Source of the DNA: Candidatus Lustribacter sp.
GTDB taxonomy: Bacteria; Vulcanimicrobiota; Vulcanimicrobiia; Vulcanimicrobiales; Vulcanimicrobiaceae
Assembly (NCBI GenBank): GCA_965277805.1
Contig: OZ255842.1
Span: 1,632,001-1,696,000 of the forward strand
Direction of reading: 5' to 3'
DNA: 64,000 nt
Below are positions 18,792 through 29,738 of the stretch, piece after piece. Within the stretch, counting starts at the first letter, position 1. Every line of letters starts with the position of its first letter. Both the position numbers and the translations under genes were made by a program. The notes under the pieces were generated by a model. That model ran no database searches. It was not told the DNA's origin and saw only the letters and a program-made list of their open reading frames with translations.

Positions 18792-20147
18792 CTACTTAAC
18801 TTCGAGGTGCTCGGCGCCGTCCCACGGGCCGGCGCGTTCTCGCACCACCGAGAGCGTGCAGCGGTCGCGGAAGTAGGCCGCGACCGTGTCCTCGGGACAG
18901 ATCTCGGCGATGCGCGAGAAAATGCGGCCCGCTGTCAGCAGCATGCCCTTGCGGTATTCCGCCATGCCGGCCGCAAACTGCGTCTGCGTTTTGTCTTTGT
19001 GTTCGGCGAGTTCGTGCGCGTCGTTATCGTAGCACTCGTAGATCTCGACCGCTTCGGATTTGCCCTTGGCGCGCACGGCGCCGAGCGCGCGCAAGCGGAA
19101 CTTGTGATCCGACGGTAAGTTCTCGATGACCGAACCGCTCAGCAGCAGGTTGACTCCGAACGTTTTCGTCATGCCTTCGATGCGCGAGGCAAGGTTCACG
19201 GCATCCGCGATGACGGTCGTTTGCATTTGGTCTTCGGCACCGATCGTGCCCAGCATCAACGTTCCGCGATGCAAGCCGGTACCGATCTTGATCGGCGCGT
19301 AGCCGGCCAGCCGGCGGCCGTGGTTGTAGCGCGCGATCTGTTGACCCAGGTCGACCGCAGCTTGCACGGCATCGATCGCAGCACCCGGAAAGAGCGCCAT
19401 CACGCCATCGCCGAGATACTTATCGACGAAGCCGCCGCGCGCGCGGATGATAGGCGTGACGTTGCGCAAGTACGAGGTAAGAAAGCTGAAGTTCTCTTGC
19501 GGGGTCAGCCGTTCCGAGAGCTGCGTGAAATCGCGAATGTCGGAGAAAAACACCGTCATCTCGCGCTGCATGTGGTCGCCGAGCTTCACGTCGGCCAGCG
19601 ACTTGCGCTCGAGCATGTCGAGGAATTCGCGCGGGATGAAGCGGTGAACGGTTTGCGCATTTTCCCATGCCGCGTCGATGACCATCGGCGACTTGCCCGG
19701 CACGCGGAGCGGCAGCACCGCCGTTTCCGCCGCCGGCGGCTTCGGTGCAGGGTGAGAAGCGGCATAGACGCGCAGTGCGGCGGAGATGCGCTTGTGAATC
19801 AGCAGCGGGTTGCTCGCATCGTGCGGCAGCAGAATATAATCGTCGGCGCCGCGGTGCAAGCACGCTTGGACGCGGCTCGTCGCATCGATGCCGGCCACGA
19901 CGATCACCGGTATGCGGCCGGCCGGACCGTGTTCGGTCTTCGCCGTCTTCAAGAGCGCCAGCACGTCGTGGCTGTGCTGCATCACGTCGATCATCAAGAG
20001 GTCCGTCGTGCGCGCGATGAGCGTGGCGATCGCTTCGGCAGGCAGCAAGAACCGGACGACGGTGGTACCGTCGTCTTTCACGATCGATTCGAACGCCTGG
20101 TGCTCCTCGTCGGTGCCCCCGACGTACGCGATACGGACCTGGGACAA
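18792..20147 (-). CDS. Class III adenylate cyclase with N-terminal receiver-like domain
   Basis: FSDIRDFT, VDKYLGDGVMALF, TVIADAVNLASRIE; N-terminal DLLMID...GADDYI. Likely TTG start at 20147. Confidence 0.88.
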   Translation of the reverse strand: MSQVRIAYVGGTDEEHQAFESIVKDDGTTVVRFLLPAEAIATLIARTTDLLMIDVMQHSHDVLALLKTAKTEHGPAGRIPVIVVAGIDATSRVQACLHRGADDYILLPHDASNPLLIHKRISAALRVYAASHPAPKPPAAETAVLPLRVPGKSPMVIDAAWENAQTVHRFIPREFLDMLERKSLADVKLGDHMQREMTVFFSDIRDFTQLSERLTPQENFSFLTSYLRNVTPIIRARGGFVDKYLGDGVMALFPGAAIDAVQAAVDLGQQIARYNHGRRLAGYAPIKIGTGLHRGTLMLGTIGAEDQMQTTVIADAVNLASRIEGMTKTFGVNLLLSGSVIENLPSDHKFRLRALGAVRAKGKSEAVEIYECYDNDAHELAEHKDKTQTQFAAGMAEYRKGMLLTAGRIFSRIAEICPEDTVAAYFRDRCTLSVVRERAGPWDGAEHLEVK

Positions 20148-20234
20148 ACTAAAACCCCCGTCGGCGCGTTGGGCAAGCAAGCGCCTCGTCCCCGCTATCC
20201 TGGCCGTAACGCGCCCGAACCTGTGATCGGCGAC

Positions 20235-20267
20235 AAAAAAAGGCGGCCACATCCGTGACCGCCTTTT
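20235..20267 (-). terminator. Rho-independent terminator after the glutamine synthetase gene
   Basis: Minus strand reads AAAAGGCGGTCAC-GGAT-GTGGCCGCC-TTTTTTT, a hairpin plus U-tract. Confidence 0.85.
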
Positions 20268-20305
20268 CGCGGGAGCAATTGGATTAAATTTCGGCTAGAC
20301 CGGCT

Positions 20306-21739
20306 CTAGAACAGGTTCCAGAGGTACTGGTTGTAGATCTCGTGATGGTACTGAACCTCTTCCGGTTTAACGAACGTCCCTAGGAGGCGCGGGCAGCGGT
20401 CTGCGCTGGCCTGCTTGAGGTCGGCGTAGCGGCCCTTCACGTCCTCACCCAGGATCGTGCTGATCCAACTCGAGTTGTTGAAATCGGTGAGGGCGTCGTA
20501 GATATTGTCGGGCAGGTAGCGATCGGCCGTGCGCAGGTTCTTCTCGGTCGAGATCGTTCCGTCGAGGCCGGTCTTGAACACCGTGTAGAGCACCGCGTAC
20601 GGGTTGGCGTCCGGGCCGACCGACCGGACCTCGACGCGCGAGCTGCGCTCGTTGCCGATCGGAACCCGGACCATCGAACCGCGGTCAACGGCTGAGGCCT
20701 TGATTTGGTTCGGCGCCTCGAAGTGCGGGTCGAGGCGGCGATACGCGTTGACGCTGGCGTTATAGATGAGGCACGTGTCGCGGCCGACCGTCAGGATGCG
20801 GTCGATGAACTTCCAGCCGAAGTCGCTGAGCTTTTCATCGCCTTTGGCGTCCCACATCAGGTTCTTGCCGCCCTTGCCGTTCACCGAGACGTTGGTGTGC
20901 ATGCCGCTGCCGTTGACGCCGACGACGGGCTTGGGCAGGAAGCTGGCGCTCAAACCGAGGTTCGTCGCCACTTGACGGCAGATCAGCTTGTAGAGCTGGA
21001 TCGTGTCGGCCGCAGCGGTCACTTCGCCGTAGCTGTAGTTGATCTCGAACTGTGAGGGCGCAACTTCCGGATGGTCTTTTTCATTTTCGAAGCCCATCGC
21101 GCGCTGCACTTCGGCGACCGTATCGATGAACTGGCGCAGCGGATCGCCCGGCAGCGAATGGTAGTAGCCGCCGGTGTTGACGTACTTGAACTCGCGCGTC
21201 TCGTGGTACTTGCGCTCGGCGTCGAGTCCGTCGAAGACGAAGCCTTCGATTTCGTTGGCCGCGTTGAGCGTGTAGCCGTCTTTCTCGAACTTGTCGTTAG
21301 AGTATTTTTTGAGAATGCCGCGCATGTCGGCGCCGAACGGCGTGCCGTCCTTGTCGATCACTTCGCCGAAGACGAGTACTTTGCCCGAACCGAAGATGTC
21401 GCCGGGCACCCAATAGAAGGCGCTCCAGTCTACGAACAGCCGCAAGTCGCTTTCTTTTTGCGCCGTGAAGCCGCGAATCGACGAACCGTCGAAGGTGAGG
21501 TTGTCGGCCGACTTGATCAAGAATTTCTTGTCGTAGTCGAGCATGTGCAGCCGGCCTTCGAGATCGCTGAAGCACAGCGTGACGGCCTTGATGCGCTTCT
21601 CACCCGAGAGATATTTCAGGCGCTCTTCCTGCAGCTTGTGCATCGCGACGCGGTCCTTGCGCTGCTGCTTGGCCGCGAGGTTCAGCTCTTCGAGCTCCCC
21701 GTACGGCAACATGAGGTAATCGCGTAGGTCGGCACTCAT
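20306..21739 (-). CDS. glnA: Glutamine synthetase, type I-like
   Basis: FDGSSIRGF, EIEGF, HPEVAPSQFEI, PKPVVGVNGSGMHTN, NAYRRL, RVEVRSVGPDANPY. Confidence 0.88.
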   Translation of the reverse strand: MSADLRDYLMLPYGELEELNLAAKQQRKDRVAMHKLQEERLKYLSGEKRIKAVTLCFSDLEGRLHMLDYDKKFLIKSADNLTFDGSSIRGFTAQKESDLRLFVDWSAFYWVPGDIFGSGKVLVFGEVIDKDGTPFGADMRGILKKYSNDKFEKDGYTLNAANEIEGFVFDGLDAERKYHETREFKYVNTGGYYHSLPGDPLRQFIDTVAEVQRAMGFENEKDHPEVAPSQFEINYSYGEVTAAADTIQLYKLICRQVATNLGLSASFLPKPVVGVNGSGMHTNVSVNGKGGKNLMWDAKGDEKLSDFGWKFIDRILTVGRDTCLIYNASVNAYRRLDPHFEAPNQIKASAVDRGSMVRVPIGNERSSRVEVRSVGPDANPYAVLYTVFKTGLDGTISTEKNLRTADRYLPDNIYDALTDFNNSSWISTILGEDVKGRYADLKQASADRCPRLLGTFVKPEEVQYHHEIYNQYLWNLF

Positions 21740-21906
21740 CGTAGACTCTTGCACTCCTTGGCGTGGATCAATAGGCCGTGGTAACTAGGGCCAAAGTCGA
21801 CACAATTGCCAGCCGGGCGCCCGAACCCTCGGGCCATTTGGCGCACCGGTATGGCGGCCCGTGCCCTTTGTGGTGAAATCGGCCAGTCCGCCCTAGGGCG
21901 AGCCGG

Positions 21907-22347
21907 CTACTCTTCGACGAATTGCGGTCCGAGGCCGAATGTTTTCCAGTCGAAGCCCTGATCGCGGAAGCCGGTATCGACCTCGACGTTCCATTCTTGC
22001 GGGGGCTGGTCGACGACGACGACGGCACCGCCGGCGAGGCTCTCGAGCACGCGCCATAAATAGCGCACGACGAGGCAGCGCGTGAATTCGTTCATGCGGC
22101 CCCATTGATCGGTGGCAGTGAGTTCGAGCCGCGTCTCTTGCTCCGACTTCCACACGCTGTAGTCGGTGAAGATGTCACCGTACTTTTGTTTGGGACCCGC
22201 CAGCACGGTCTTGATGCGGGCTTCCAGGTCGGGAGCGCGCTTGCGTTGGGTCCGGATACGGGCCTGCGCTTCAGCGCGCCAACGCATCCACGCCAACACC
22301 GCCAAAATCGCGACAACGATGACGCCGACGATCGCGATCACGAGCAT
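21907..22347 (-). CDS. Hypothetical protein with N-terminal transmembrane anchor
   Basis: Hydrophobic MLVIAIVGVIVVAILAVLAW followed by a soluble domain; fills the gap between glnA and msrB. Confidence 0.7.
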   Translation of the reverse strand: MLVIAIVGVIVVAILAVLAWMRWRAEAQARIRTQRKRAPDLEARIKTVLAGPKQKYGDIFTDYSVWKSEQETRLELTATDQWGRMNEFTRCLVVRYLWRVLESLAGGAVVVVDQPPQEWNVEVDTGFRDQGFDWKTFGLGPQFVEE

Positions 22348-22505
22348 GGTCAACGTTTTTCGCCCATTACTCCGCACTTCTCCATTGGACGCGCCCTACG
22401 GCACGTAGCCTTCCGCTCCCTTGGCGCCTAAGCATTTTGTGGCAGAATTGTTCGGGTCATACCGAGTCGCAACTCCGATGAAAAGATTCTGGGTCTAAGC
22501 AGCCG

Positions 22506-22904
22506 ATGAAAGACGTCGCAAAAACCGATGCCGAGTGGCGCGCCGCGCTGCCGCCCGACCGCTACGCCGTGTTGCGCGAGGCCGCGACGGAGCCGCCCTT
22601 CAGCGGAGCCCTCTACCACAATAAAGAGCAGGGCACGTACACCTGCGGCGCCTGCGGCGCACCGCTGTTTTCATCCGACACGAAGTATGAAAGCGGTAGC
22701 GGGTGGCCGAGTTTCTTCGACCCGCTCACGAGCGACGCGGTGAAGGTCGTCGAAGACCGTTCGCACGGCATGGTGCGTCGCGAAGTGCGTTGCGCGCGCT
22801 GCGATTCGCATCTCGGGCACGTGTTTGAAGACGGCCCGCAACCCACCGGTGAACGCTACTGCATGAACTCGCTAGCGCTGGAATTCACACCGCCGGGGAA
22901 ATAG
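22506..22904 (+). CDS. msrB: Peptide-methionine (R)-S-oxide reductase
   Basis: [41 protein letters not shown]. Confidence 0.97.
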   Translation: MKDVAKTDAEWRAALPPDRYAVLREAATEPPFSGALYHNKEQGTYTCGACGAPLFSSDTKYESGSGWPSFFDPLTSDAVKVVEDRSHGMVRREVRCARCDSHLGHVFEDGPQPTGERYCMNSLALEFTPPGK

Positions 22905-24231
22905 CGTCCTCGAGGCCCGCAGCAATGCGCAGCAGGCCGCCATCCTCGCCGCGCCGTCCCACCAGCATCAAGCCGACCGGCGCTCCGCCGGCGACGGTGA
23001 GCGGTAGCGAGACGGCGCAGCCGTCGAGGACGTTCACCGCGCTCGTATTGCGCAGCACAAGCGCATTGATCCGTGCGTACAGTTCGGGATCGGCGATGAG
23101 ATCGGCGATCGGCGGCGGCACGATCGCGACCGTCGGCCAAAGCAACGCATCGTAATTCGCCGTTTCCGTTTCGAACGCGGCGATGTACGCGTCGCGACCG
23201 CGCAGCAGATCGATGTAATCGGCCGCGCTGATCCCCTCGCCGCCCCGGATGCGCTTAGCGATCTCTGGGTCGTAGCGCGCTTCGTCTTTGGCAATCAGAT
23301 CACGGTGCCACCAGTACGCCTCGGCCGCCGAAATATTCACTTTCCCTTGAAGTGCGGGTAGCCGCTCGAACGCCTTTAGGGGCAACTCATCGATCGCTGC
23401 CCCGGCCGCGCGCAATCGCACGAGCGCGGCCTCGAAGGCGCTGCTCACGGCGTCGTCGAGCGCGACGCGCACGTGATTCACCGGCGCGAGAAACCGCAAG
23501 CCGGAAACCGGCCGCCGAACGAGCGCTGCCGGCGTCTCGCCGGCGAGGATCGCGTCGACCGTCGCGCAGTCCGCCACGTTGCGCGCGAGCGGTCCGATCG
23601 AATCGAGCGTGAACGAAAGCGGATAGGCTCCGGTGAGTGAAACGCGCCGCGCGGTCGGCTTGAAGCCGGTCAGGCCGCAGAGCGCTGACGGAATGCGCAC
23701 GGAACCGCCGGTATCGGTGCCGATCGCCACCACGGCCATGTCGTCGGTGACCGACACCGCCGCGCCGGATGACGATCCGCCCGGAATGCGGCCCACCGCG
23801 CGCTCGTAGGGTGCGCGCGGCGTGCCGTAGTGCGGGTTGATCCCCAGCCCCGAGTAGGCGAACTCCGTCATGTTGGTCTTGCCGACCATCACCGCGCCCG
23901 CGCGGCGCAAACGCGTCACGATCACCGCGTCGGCAGTTGCCGCCGGCGCACCGTCGAGCACGATCGAACCGGCGCGCGTCTGGCGGCCGGCGACGTCGAA
24001 GAGGTCCTTTACCGAAACCGGCAGTCCCGCCAGCGGCGAAGGAACGGCACCCGCGCGGCGCTGCGCATCGGCAACGTCCGCGGCCGTGCGCGCTTCGTGG
24101 TGAAACACCATCGTGAACGTGCGCGCGCCCTCGCCGGCCGGGTCGTCGATGCGCGCAAGCGCGGCTTCGCATAGCTCGCGGCTGGAGACCTCACCGCGGT
24201 CGAGTTGCTCGCGAAGCTGCCGGATCGTCAT
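22885..24231 (-). CDS. Amidase (amidase-signature family)
   Basis: [36 protein letters not shown]. Confidence 0.92.
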   Translation of the reverse strand: MTIRQLREQLDRGEVSSRELCEAALARIDDPAGEGARTFTMVFHHEARTAADVADAQRRAGAVPSPLAGLPVSVKDLFDVAGRQTRAGSIVLDGAPAATADAVIVTRLRRAGAVMVGKTNMTEFAYSGLGINPHYGTPRAPYERAVGRIPGGSSSGAAVSVTDDMAVVAIGTDTGGSVRIPSALCGLTGFKPTARRVSLTGAYPLSFTLDSIGPLARNVADCATVDAILAGETPAALVRRPVSGLRFLAPVNHVRVALDDAVSSAFEAALVRLRAAGAAIDELPLKAFERLPALQGKVNISAAEAYWWHRDLIAKDEARYDPEIAKRIRGGEGISAADYIDLLRGRDAYIAAFETETANYDALLWPTVAIVPPPIADLIADPELYARINALVLRNTSAVNVLDGCAVSLPLTVAGGAPVGLMLVGRRGEDGGLLRIAAGLEDAISPAV

Positions 24232-24312
24232 GCCGCGGCCTTCGCGCGCGAGCTTCCGCATCCCAGCCCGCAGCCGAAGAGGGATGCGGGGCGCGGATTC
24301 CAAGATGCCGGA

Positions 24313-25905
24313 GTGCAGGATACGCAAGTTCTCATCGTCGGCGCCGGTCCCGTTGGTCTCACGCTTGCGCTCGACCTCGCGCGGCGCGGCGTGCGCGCGA
24401 CGCTGGTCGAGAAAAATCCGACCTCGATTCAGTTGCCGAAGATGGAACGCTGCAACATGCGGACGATGGAGATCTTCCGCCGTTTAGGCATCGCCGAAAC
24501 CGTGCGCAACGCCGGCCTGCCGCGCGAATCGCCGATGGACGTGTTCCTCGCCGACTCGATGGGCGCCGCGCAGCCGATCGTGCACCTGCCCTACCCCTCC
24601 GTCGCCGACGCGAAGGCGACGATCGCCGCCAACAACGACGGCCGGCCGCTCGAACCCTACCAGCTGATCTCGCAGTACACGCTCGAACCGCTGCTTCGAT
24701 CGATCGCCGAAACGCGCCCCGAGCTGACGATCCGTTTCAGCTGCGAGATGACGTCGTTCGCCGAAGACGAGACCGGCGTCACCGCTACGCTCGATACCGA
24801 CTCCGGCCCCGACACGATCCGCGCGGCGTACATCGTCGGCTGCGACGGCGGCGCCAGCACCGTGCGCAAACAGCTCGGCATCGCACTGAACGGCCAAGGG
24901 CGCATCCGCAAACTGCGTCAGGCGCTCTTTCACGCGCCCGATCTCTACGAGCGAATTCCGATGGGCAAAGGCCGGCACTACCACATCGCAACGCGGCCGT
25001 TCTTTCCGTTCATCATCATTCAAGACTCGACCAAGCACTGGACGCTGCACGCGGCCGCCGAGACCGATGCCGAGATGACCGAGATTTTCCGCGGGGCGCT
25101 CGGCATGGACGTGCCGTTCGAAACGCTCTCGGTCAACGAGTGGACGCAACATCTGCTGTGCGCGGACAGTTACCGCACCGGCCGGGCATTCATCGCGGGC
25201 GATGCCGCGCATCTCGTGATTCCGACCGGCGGCCTCGGCATGAACACCGGCGTCGGCGATGCGACCGACTTGAGCTGGAAACTCGCCGCCACGCTCGCCG
25301 GCTGGGGCGGCCCGGGCTTGCTCGATTCGTACGAAACGGAACGGCGTCAGATCGGCTTGCGCAACGTGCGGGCCTCGGGCGCCGCGATGGACGGACGCAC
25401 GACCTGGCGCGCCGCCGAGACGCGCGAAGACATGGCCAAAGCGTTCGACGCGGAGCAGCGCAAAGTCACCGAGATCGCCGGCATCGAGGCCGGTTACCGG
25501 TACGTGGATTCGCCGGTCGTGTGGGCGGAGGCCGGAGAGGGCCCCGATCCGGACAATCGCGCCTACGTGCCCACCACGTGGCCGGGCTTCCGTCTGCCGC
25601 ACGTATGGCTCGAAGACGGCAGCGCACTGCACGACCGCCTCGGCTTCGGCTACACGCTGCTGCAACTCGGCAACGCGCCGGCCGCGACCGATGCCTTCGA
25701 ACGTGAGCTGCGCGCGGCCGGCGCACCGCTCGACGTGCTGCGCGTCCCCGATGCGCGCGCGCGAGAGATCTACGACCGCGATCTGGTGCTGGTGCGCCCC
25801 GACCTGCACGTTGCATGGCGCGGCAATGCGCTGCCCGCCGACCCGCAGGCCGTCGCCGCAACGGTCACGGGACGCTTGGGGTCAGGCCGTCCCGTCGGGG
25901 TGTAA
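24313..25905 (+). CDS. FAD-dependent monooxygenase (PheA/TfdB-like aromatic hydroxylase)
   Basis: VLIVGAGPVG, VGCDGGAS, AGDAAH..PTGGLGMNTG, C-terminal LVRPDLHVAWR; GTG 24313. Confidence 0.9.
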   Translation: MQDTQVLIVGAGPVGLTLALDLARRGVRATLVEKNPTSIQLPKMERCNMRTMEIFRRLGIAETVRNAGLPRESPMDVFLADSMGAAQPIVHLPYPSVADAKATIAANNDGRPLEPYQLISQYTLEPLLRSIAETRPELTIRFSCEMTSFAEDETGVTATLDTDSGPDTIRAAYIVGCDGGASTVRKQLGIALNGQGRIRKLRQALFHAPDLYERIPMGKGRHYHIATRPFFPFIIIQDSTKHWTLHAAAETDAEMTEIFRGALGMDVPFETLSVNEWTQHLLCADSYRTGRAFIAGDAAHLVIPTGGLGMNTGVGDATDLSWKLAATLAGWGGPGLLDSYETERRQIGLRNVRASGAAMDGRTTWRAAETREDMAKAFDAEQRKVTEIAGIEAGYRYVDSPVVWAEAGEGPDPDNRAYVPTTWPGFRLPHVWLEDGSALHDRLGFGYTLLQLGNAPAATDAFERELRAAGAPLDVLRVPDARAREIYDRDLVLVRPDLHVAWRGNALPADPQAVAATVTGRLGSGRPVGV

Positions 25906-25916
25906 CGCCGCGTAGG

Positions 25917-26972
25917 TCAACCGCGCGGGCCTTTGTAGGGGCCGAGCTCCTTGAGCACGTCGTTGAGGATCGACTCGTCGACGACGTCTTCGACCTTCAC
26001 GTTGCCGTCGATCAACCCTTGATCTTTGAAGTATTGGAGATCTTTGCGCATGCTCGCGACGTTGAGCTTGCCGTCCGGGTCGATCGAACCGGGCGTCATG
26101 TTCTTGTACGCTACCGGGTCTTTGACGTTGGTTGCCGCGCTCAGGATCGAGATCACGTCGGCGGCATTCGGGCCGGCGAAGTGGCCGCCGTGCAGCGCAC
26201 CCACGTAGTACCGCGCGGCGCGCAAATACGCGCGCATGAACTTCCGGGCGAGATCGCGGTGTTCGCGAATGAAGGCGCCGCCGAAGATCAGCACCGAGAT
26301 TTCCTGGTTCGGATACCATGCGTCATCGCCCATGATGCGCGTCGCGCTGCCCGAGAGGACGGCTTGCGAGGCTTGCGGTTCGGTCGTGATGCTGGCGTCG
26401 ACGCGGCCGTTCTCGAGCGCCGCGACGTGATCGGGATAATCGAGGTTCACGCGCTTGACGTCGCTGAACGTCAGGCCGTACTTCTTCAGCAGCTCGAAGA
26501 GCGCCACGGTCGAGACGCTGCCGGGCTGGTTGCCTGCGATCGTCATGCCCTTGAGATCTTTGGGCGATTTATAGCGGCCGCTCTTGACCAAATCGGTGCG
26601 CACGAGTAGCGGATCGAAACCGTAGCCGGCCGTGTCCGAGGCGCGGTCGGCTACGACCTTGACGTCGATCCCATGCGCGGCCGCGTTGTAGATGCCGACC
26701 GCCGGCGCACCGCCGCCCGCGTCGAGTTGACCGCTGCTGAGCGGAACCACCATATCGCCGGCCGAGGCGAACGTCGTGAAGGTGATGTTGAGCCCTTCGT
26801 CCTTGAAGTACCCCTTCTTGTCGGCGATCAGAAACGGCGCGTCGCTGCCGACGTTGAGCACGCCGACGCGAACCGTGACGGCATCGGCACCGCGCACCGA
26901 ACCCGACGGCGCGAGCGCCGCCAAGAGACCGGCCGCGAGCGCTGCCGCCACGATTCGCCGCACCCGGATCAC
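25917..26972 (-). CDS. NitT/TauT-type ABC substrate-binding protein
   Basis: Signal peptide; IADKKGYFKDEGL, KDLKGMTIA, GRVDA..EP. Confidence 0.85.
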   Translation of the reverse strand: MIRVRRIVAAALAAGLLAALAPSGSVRGADAVTVRVGVLNVGSDAPFLIADKKGYFKDEGLNITFTTFASAGDMVVPLSSGQLDAGGGAPAVGIYNAAAHGIDVKVVADRASDTAGYGFDPLLVRTDLVKSGRYKSPKDLKGMTIAGNQPGSVSTVALFELLKKYGLTFSDVKRVNLDYPDHVAALENGRVDASITTEPQASQAVLSGSATRIMGDDAWYPNQEISVLIFGGAFIREHRDLARKFMRAYLRAARYYVGALHGGHFAGPNAADVISILSAATNVKDPVAYKNMTPGSIDPDGKLNVASMRKDLQYFKDQGLIDGNVKVEDVVDESILNDVLKELGPYKGPRG

Positions 26973-28609
26973 AGGTCGCGGATCTCGGTATTCATCGCCA
27001 CGTCGCTGCGGCGGCGCGCGATCAGGGTCTCGCCGTATTTGAAGTAGTCGCCGTTGACCGCATCCTGCGCGGCTTGATCGAACTCATCCGACCACTCGCC
27101 GAGCGAATAGCCATACCACGGGGTCTGCGGGCGCAGCGCGGGCAGGCCGAGTTCTTCCCAGATCTTCTTCGCGTTCTCCATGTACTCGCGCTTGGGCAGC
27201 GAGATCGGGGGAAATTTCTCCTTGAGCATCGCGTTGACGAGCATCGCGGAATCTTGGCCGTTGTTGCGCTTGCTGCGCGGGCCGTGACCTTGGTCCTTGT
27301 GGTCGATGATCTGGATATCGAGCACGGGGTTCGCGCGATAGGCCATCGCCCACAGAAGCATGTCGGAGTTTTTGGGGTCGATGTCTTCGTTGACGGCGAT
27401 AACGTATTTGCCGGCCGCCGCGTGCAGCGACATCGCGCCGGTCAACGCGCGCCAGACTTCGGGTTCCGACGCCGTGTCCTTCATCGTGACGATGATGAAC
27501 TTGCGCAGGTTGGTCAACGGCTCATGCATCGATACCTTGATGACGCTGCGGCAGCCGAGCACGTTTTTCAGGTGGTCGAGCAGCATCGGCTCCATCGCCA
27601 CGCGCTTCATCAGGCTCGATTCGCTCGGCGTGACTTGCGAAATGATCGAGGTCAGGATCGCCTTCCGCTTGCGCGTGATTGCGGTCACCTCCATGTACGC
27701 GTTGTATTCCTGAAGGTTGACGTGGCCGTGCGATTCTCCGAACGGCGCCTCCGGTTCGAGATCCTTCGTCGAGATGTAGCCTTCGATGACGATCTCGGCT
27801 TCGGCCGGCACGAGCAAGTCGACGGTCTTCGCGCGCACCACGTTGATCGGACCGCCGACGAGGCCGCCCGCAACTTCGAATTCATCGAGCGTTTCGGGGA
27901 CCTTCTGCGCCGAGGTGAACGCGACCGACGGCGGACAGCCCAGCACGACCGCAGCGGCCATTTTCTCGCCGCGCGCGCGATATTTTTCCCAGTGCACGTA
28001 GATGCCGGGACGCAGCTCGAGCGACGGATTCATGCCCAGCCGCGTCGGCGACTTCACTTGACCCCGGTAGTTGCCCATGTTTTGGATGCCGGTGTCGGGG
28101 TCTTTGGTGATGTACTGCGAGAGCGTCGTGTAGGGACCGTTGTCCCAGCCGGGGGTCGAGATCGGCACGGGAATGCCGTCGAGGCCTTGGCCCGGCTTGA
28201 GCAAGTCGTCGCCCATGTAGACGATCTCTTGGCACGGCGCATCTTCGACGATCTTCGGCTTGATGGGTGAGGCCATCGCGTGCTGCCAGGTTTCCTCGAT
28301 CTTCTCGACCGGCACGCCCATGCCGATGCGATAGATCTCCTCGTTGGCGGCGATCGCACCGACGACGACCGGGATGTCGTACGTGCGGCCTTTGCTATCG
28401 GTGACGTTGGTGAAGAGAAACGCCTTACGGTCTTTCTCCTCGATGCCGCCCCGGAATTGCCACCGCACCAGCGGATGCATCTCGGTGTCCTTGTTGATCG
28501 GACGGTCGACGGTGATCAGCAGACCGGCAGCATCGAGCGCCTTGATGTGCTCGTGAAGATCGGGGTAGTTGCGCGGCGGCGCAGCCACCGGTTTTTGCGG
28601 TGCTAGCAT
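26969..28609 (-). CDS. UbiD-family prFMN-dependent (de)carboxylase
   Basis: KDPDTGIQNMGNYR, VPAEAEIVIEG, EAPFGESHG, VNEDID..WAMAYR. Confidence 0.92.
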   Translation of the reverse strand: MLAPQKPVAAPPRNYPDLHEHIKALDAAGLLITVDRPINKDTEMHPLVRWQFRGGIEEKDRKAFLFTNVTDSKGRTYDIPVVVGAIAANEEIYRIGMGVPVEKIEETWQHAMASPIKPKIVEDAPCQEIVYMGDDLLKPGQGLDGIPVPISTPGWDNGPYTTLSQYITKDPDTGIQNMGNYRGQVKSPTRLGMNPSLELRPGIYVHWEKYRARGEKMAAAVVLGCPPSVAFTSAQKVPETLDEFEVAGGLVGGPINVVRAKTVDLLVPAEAEIVIEGYISTKDLEPEAPFGESHGHVNLQEYNAYMEVTAITRKRKAILTSIISQVTPSESSLMKRVAMEPMLLDHLKNVLGCRSVIKVSMHEPLTNLRKFIIVTMKDTASEPEVWRALTGAMSLHAAAGKYVIAVNEDIDPKNSDMLLWAMAYRANPVLDIQIIDHKDQGHGPRSKRNNGQDSAMLVNAMLKEKFPPISLPKREYMENAKKIWEELGLPALRPQTPWYGYSLGEWSDEFDQAAQDAVNGDYFKYGETLIARRRSDVAMNTEIRDL

Positions 28610-29728
28610 CTAGCGGTAGTTCTGCAGTTCGCGGTTTTCGCTTGCTTCCCACAGCCAACCGCCTTCATGGCCCGGCCACGATTCCTTCGCCATTGCGATG
28701 ATGTCGGGATCGTCCAGGGCCGTGAGGTGGCCGTCATCGACGATCGTCGTGCCGTTGACCGTTACGGTCGCGCGGAACAAGCAGCCGTCCATGTGCTCGC
28801 CGGTCGTGCCGCTGGTCGCGATGTGCAGCGATCCGCTGCGGCTCGAACCGGCGAGGCCGGTCGAACGGCCGCCGTAGCTGGCGACCTTCGGGTTGAAGCC
28901 CAGGCCGATCTCGGCGAGATAGCCGCCTTGCGCCGTGACTTCCGCGAGCACGCGACCTTCCCAGCCGCCCTCAACGTTGGTGACCTCACCGTTTTTCAAG
29001 TGCACCGTAACGGGCTTCGCGAAATTCGAGTCGCCGTAACTGCCGCTGTAGACGCCGCCGAAACCGGTGATCGAGTCGTAACACACGACCCCGTTGATCG
29101 TGACGTTCTTCGATTCGGAGGGCGTCATGATGTTCGGACCATGCGGCAGCGGCAGATGGGCGCGTTTGCCCGGCGCGTCGCAAATCAAGTTGCCGTGCCA
29201 GCGGTCGTCTTTGCGCTGGTAGTCCATGTGCGCCACCGAAAGCTCGAGCGAAAGATCGGTGCCCTTCTTGTCGGTGATGTGCACTTTCTTCACCGGATCG
29301 CCGGTGTCGATCTGCGACCACGTCTTCTTTACGATGCGCGAGAGCAAGGCCGGCGGAATGCGCATCCCTTCGCTGCAGAACAGCTCGATCGTGCGGAGAT
29401 CGCCGTACGAGAGCCAGCGCGCGCCCGTGCGGCGCATCTTCGCGCCGAATTGGCCCGCCGCTGCGGGCCAGGCATGAAACACGACGTTGGCGTTGAGCAC
29501 GGCGGGCGCGATCGTGTCCGGAACGTGCCATTCTTCGAATTCATCGACCAAACAAACGTAGGGGTCGCAGCCGAACATCTTGGCGGTCGCGATCAAGGCG
29601 TAGATGACTTCTGCTTCGATGCGGCGGTCGCCCATGATGCAAACCTTTTCGCCGGGTTTCAGGCAACCGATCTCGCCGATGGTTTTGCACGACTCGATAA
29701 AGTCCGGATACATGTCGGGTTTCAACAA
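28610..29728 (-). CDS. Peptidase M29 / NicX-fold metalloprotein of unknown specificity
   Basis: LKPGEKVCI, INGVVCYD, PVTVHLKNGEVTNVEGG, LAEIGLGFNP, LHIA, HMDG..ATVTVNG..IVDDG. Confidence 0.65.
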   Translation of the reverse strand: MLKPDMYPDFIESCKTIGEIGCLKPGEKVCIMGDRRIEAEVIYALIATAKMFGCDPYVCLVDEFEEWHVPDTIAPAVLNANVVFHAWPAAAGQFGAKMRRTGARWLSYGDLRTIELFCSEGMRIPPALLSRIVKKTWSQIDTGDPVKKVHITDKKGTDLSLELSVAHMDYQRKDDRWHGNLICDAPGKRAHLPLPHGPNIMTPSESKNVTINGVVCYDSITGFGGVYSGSYGDSNFAKPVTVHLKNGEVTNVEGGWEGRVLAEVTAQGGYLAEIGLGFNPKVASYGGRSTGLAGSSRSGSLHIATSGTTGEHMDGCLFRATVTVNGTTIVDDGHLTALDDPDIIAMAKESWPGHEGGWLWEASENRELQNYR

Positions 29729-29738
29729 TTCACATTCC

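Noticed and set aside
28610-29728. Assignment as NicX 2,5-dihydroxypyridine dioxygenase
   Set aside because: It has EIGLG where I recall NicX having a His ligand (HIGWG-type), and no nicD/E/F-like neighbours; left as an M29-fold protein.
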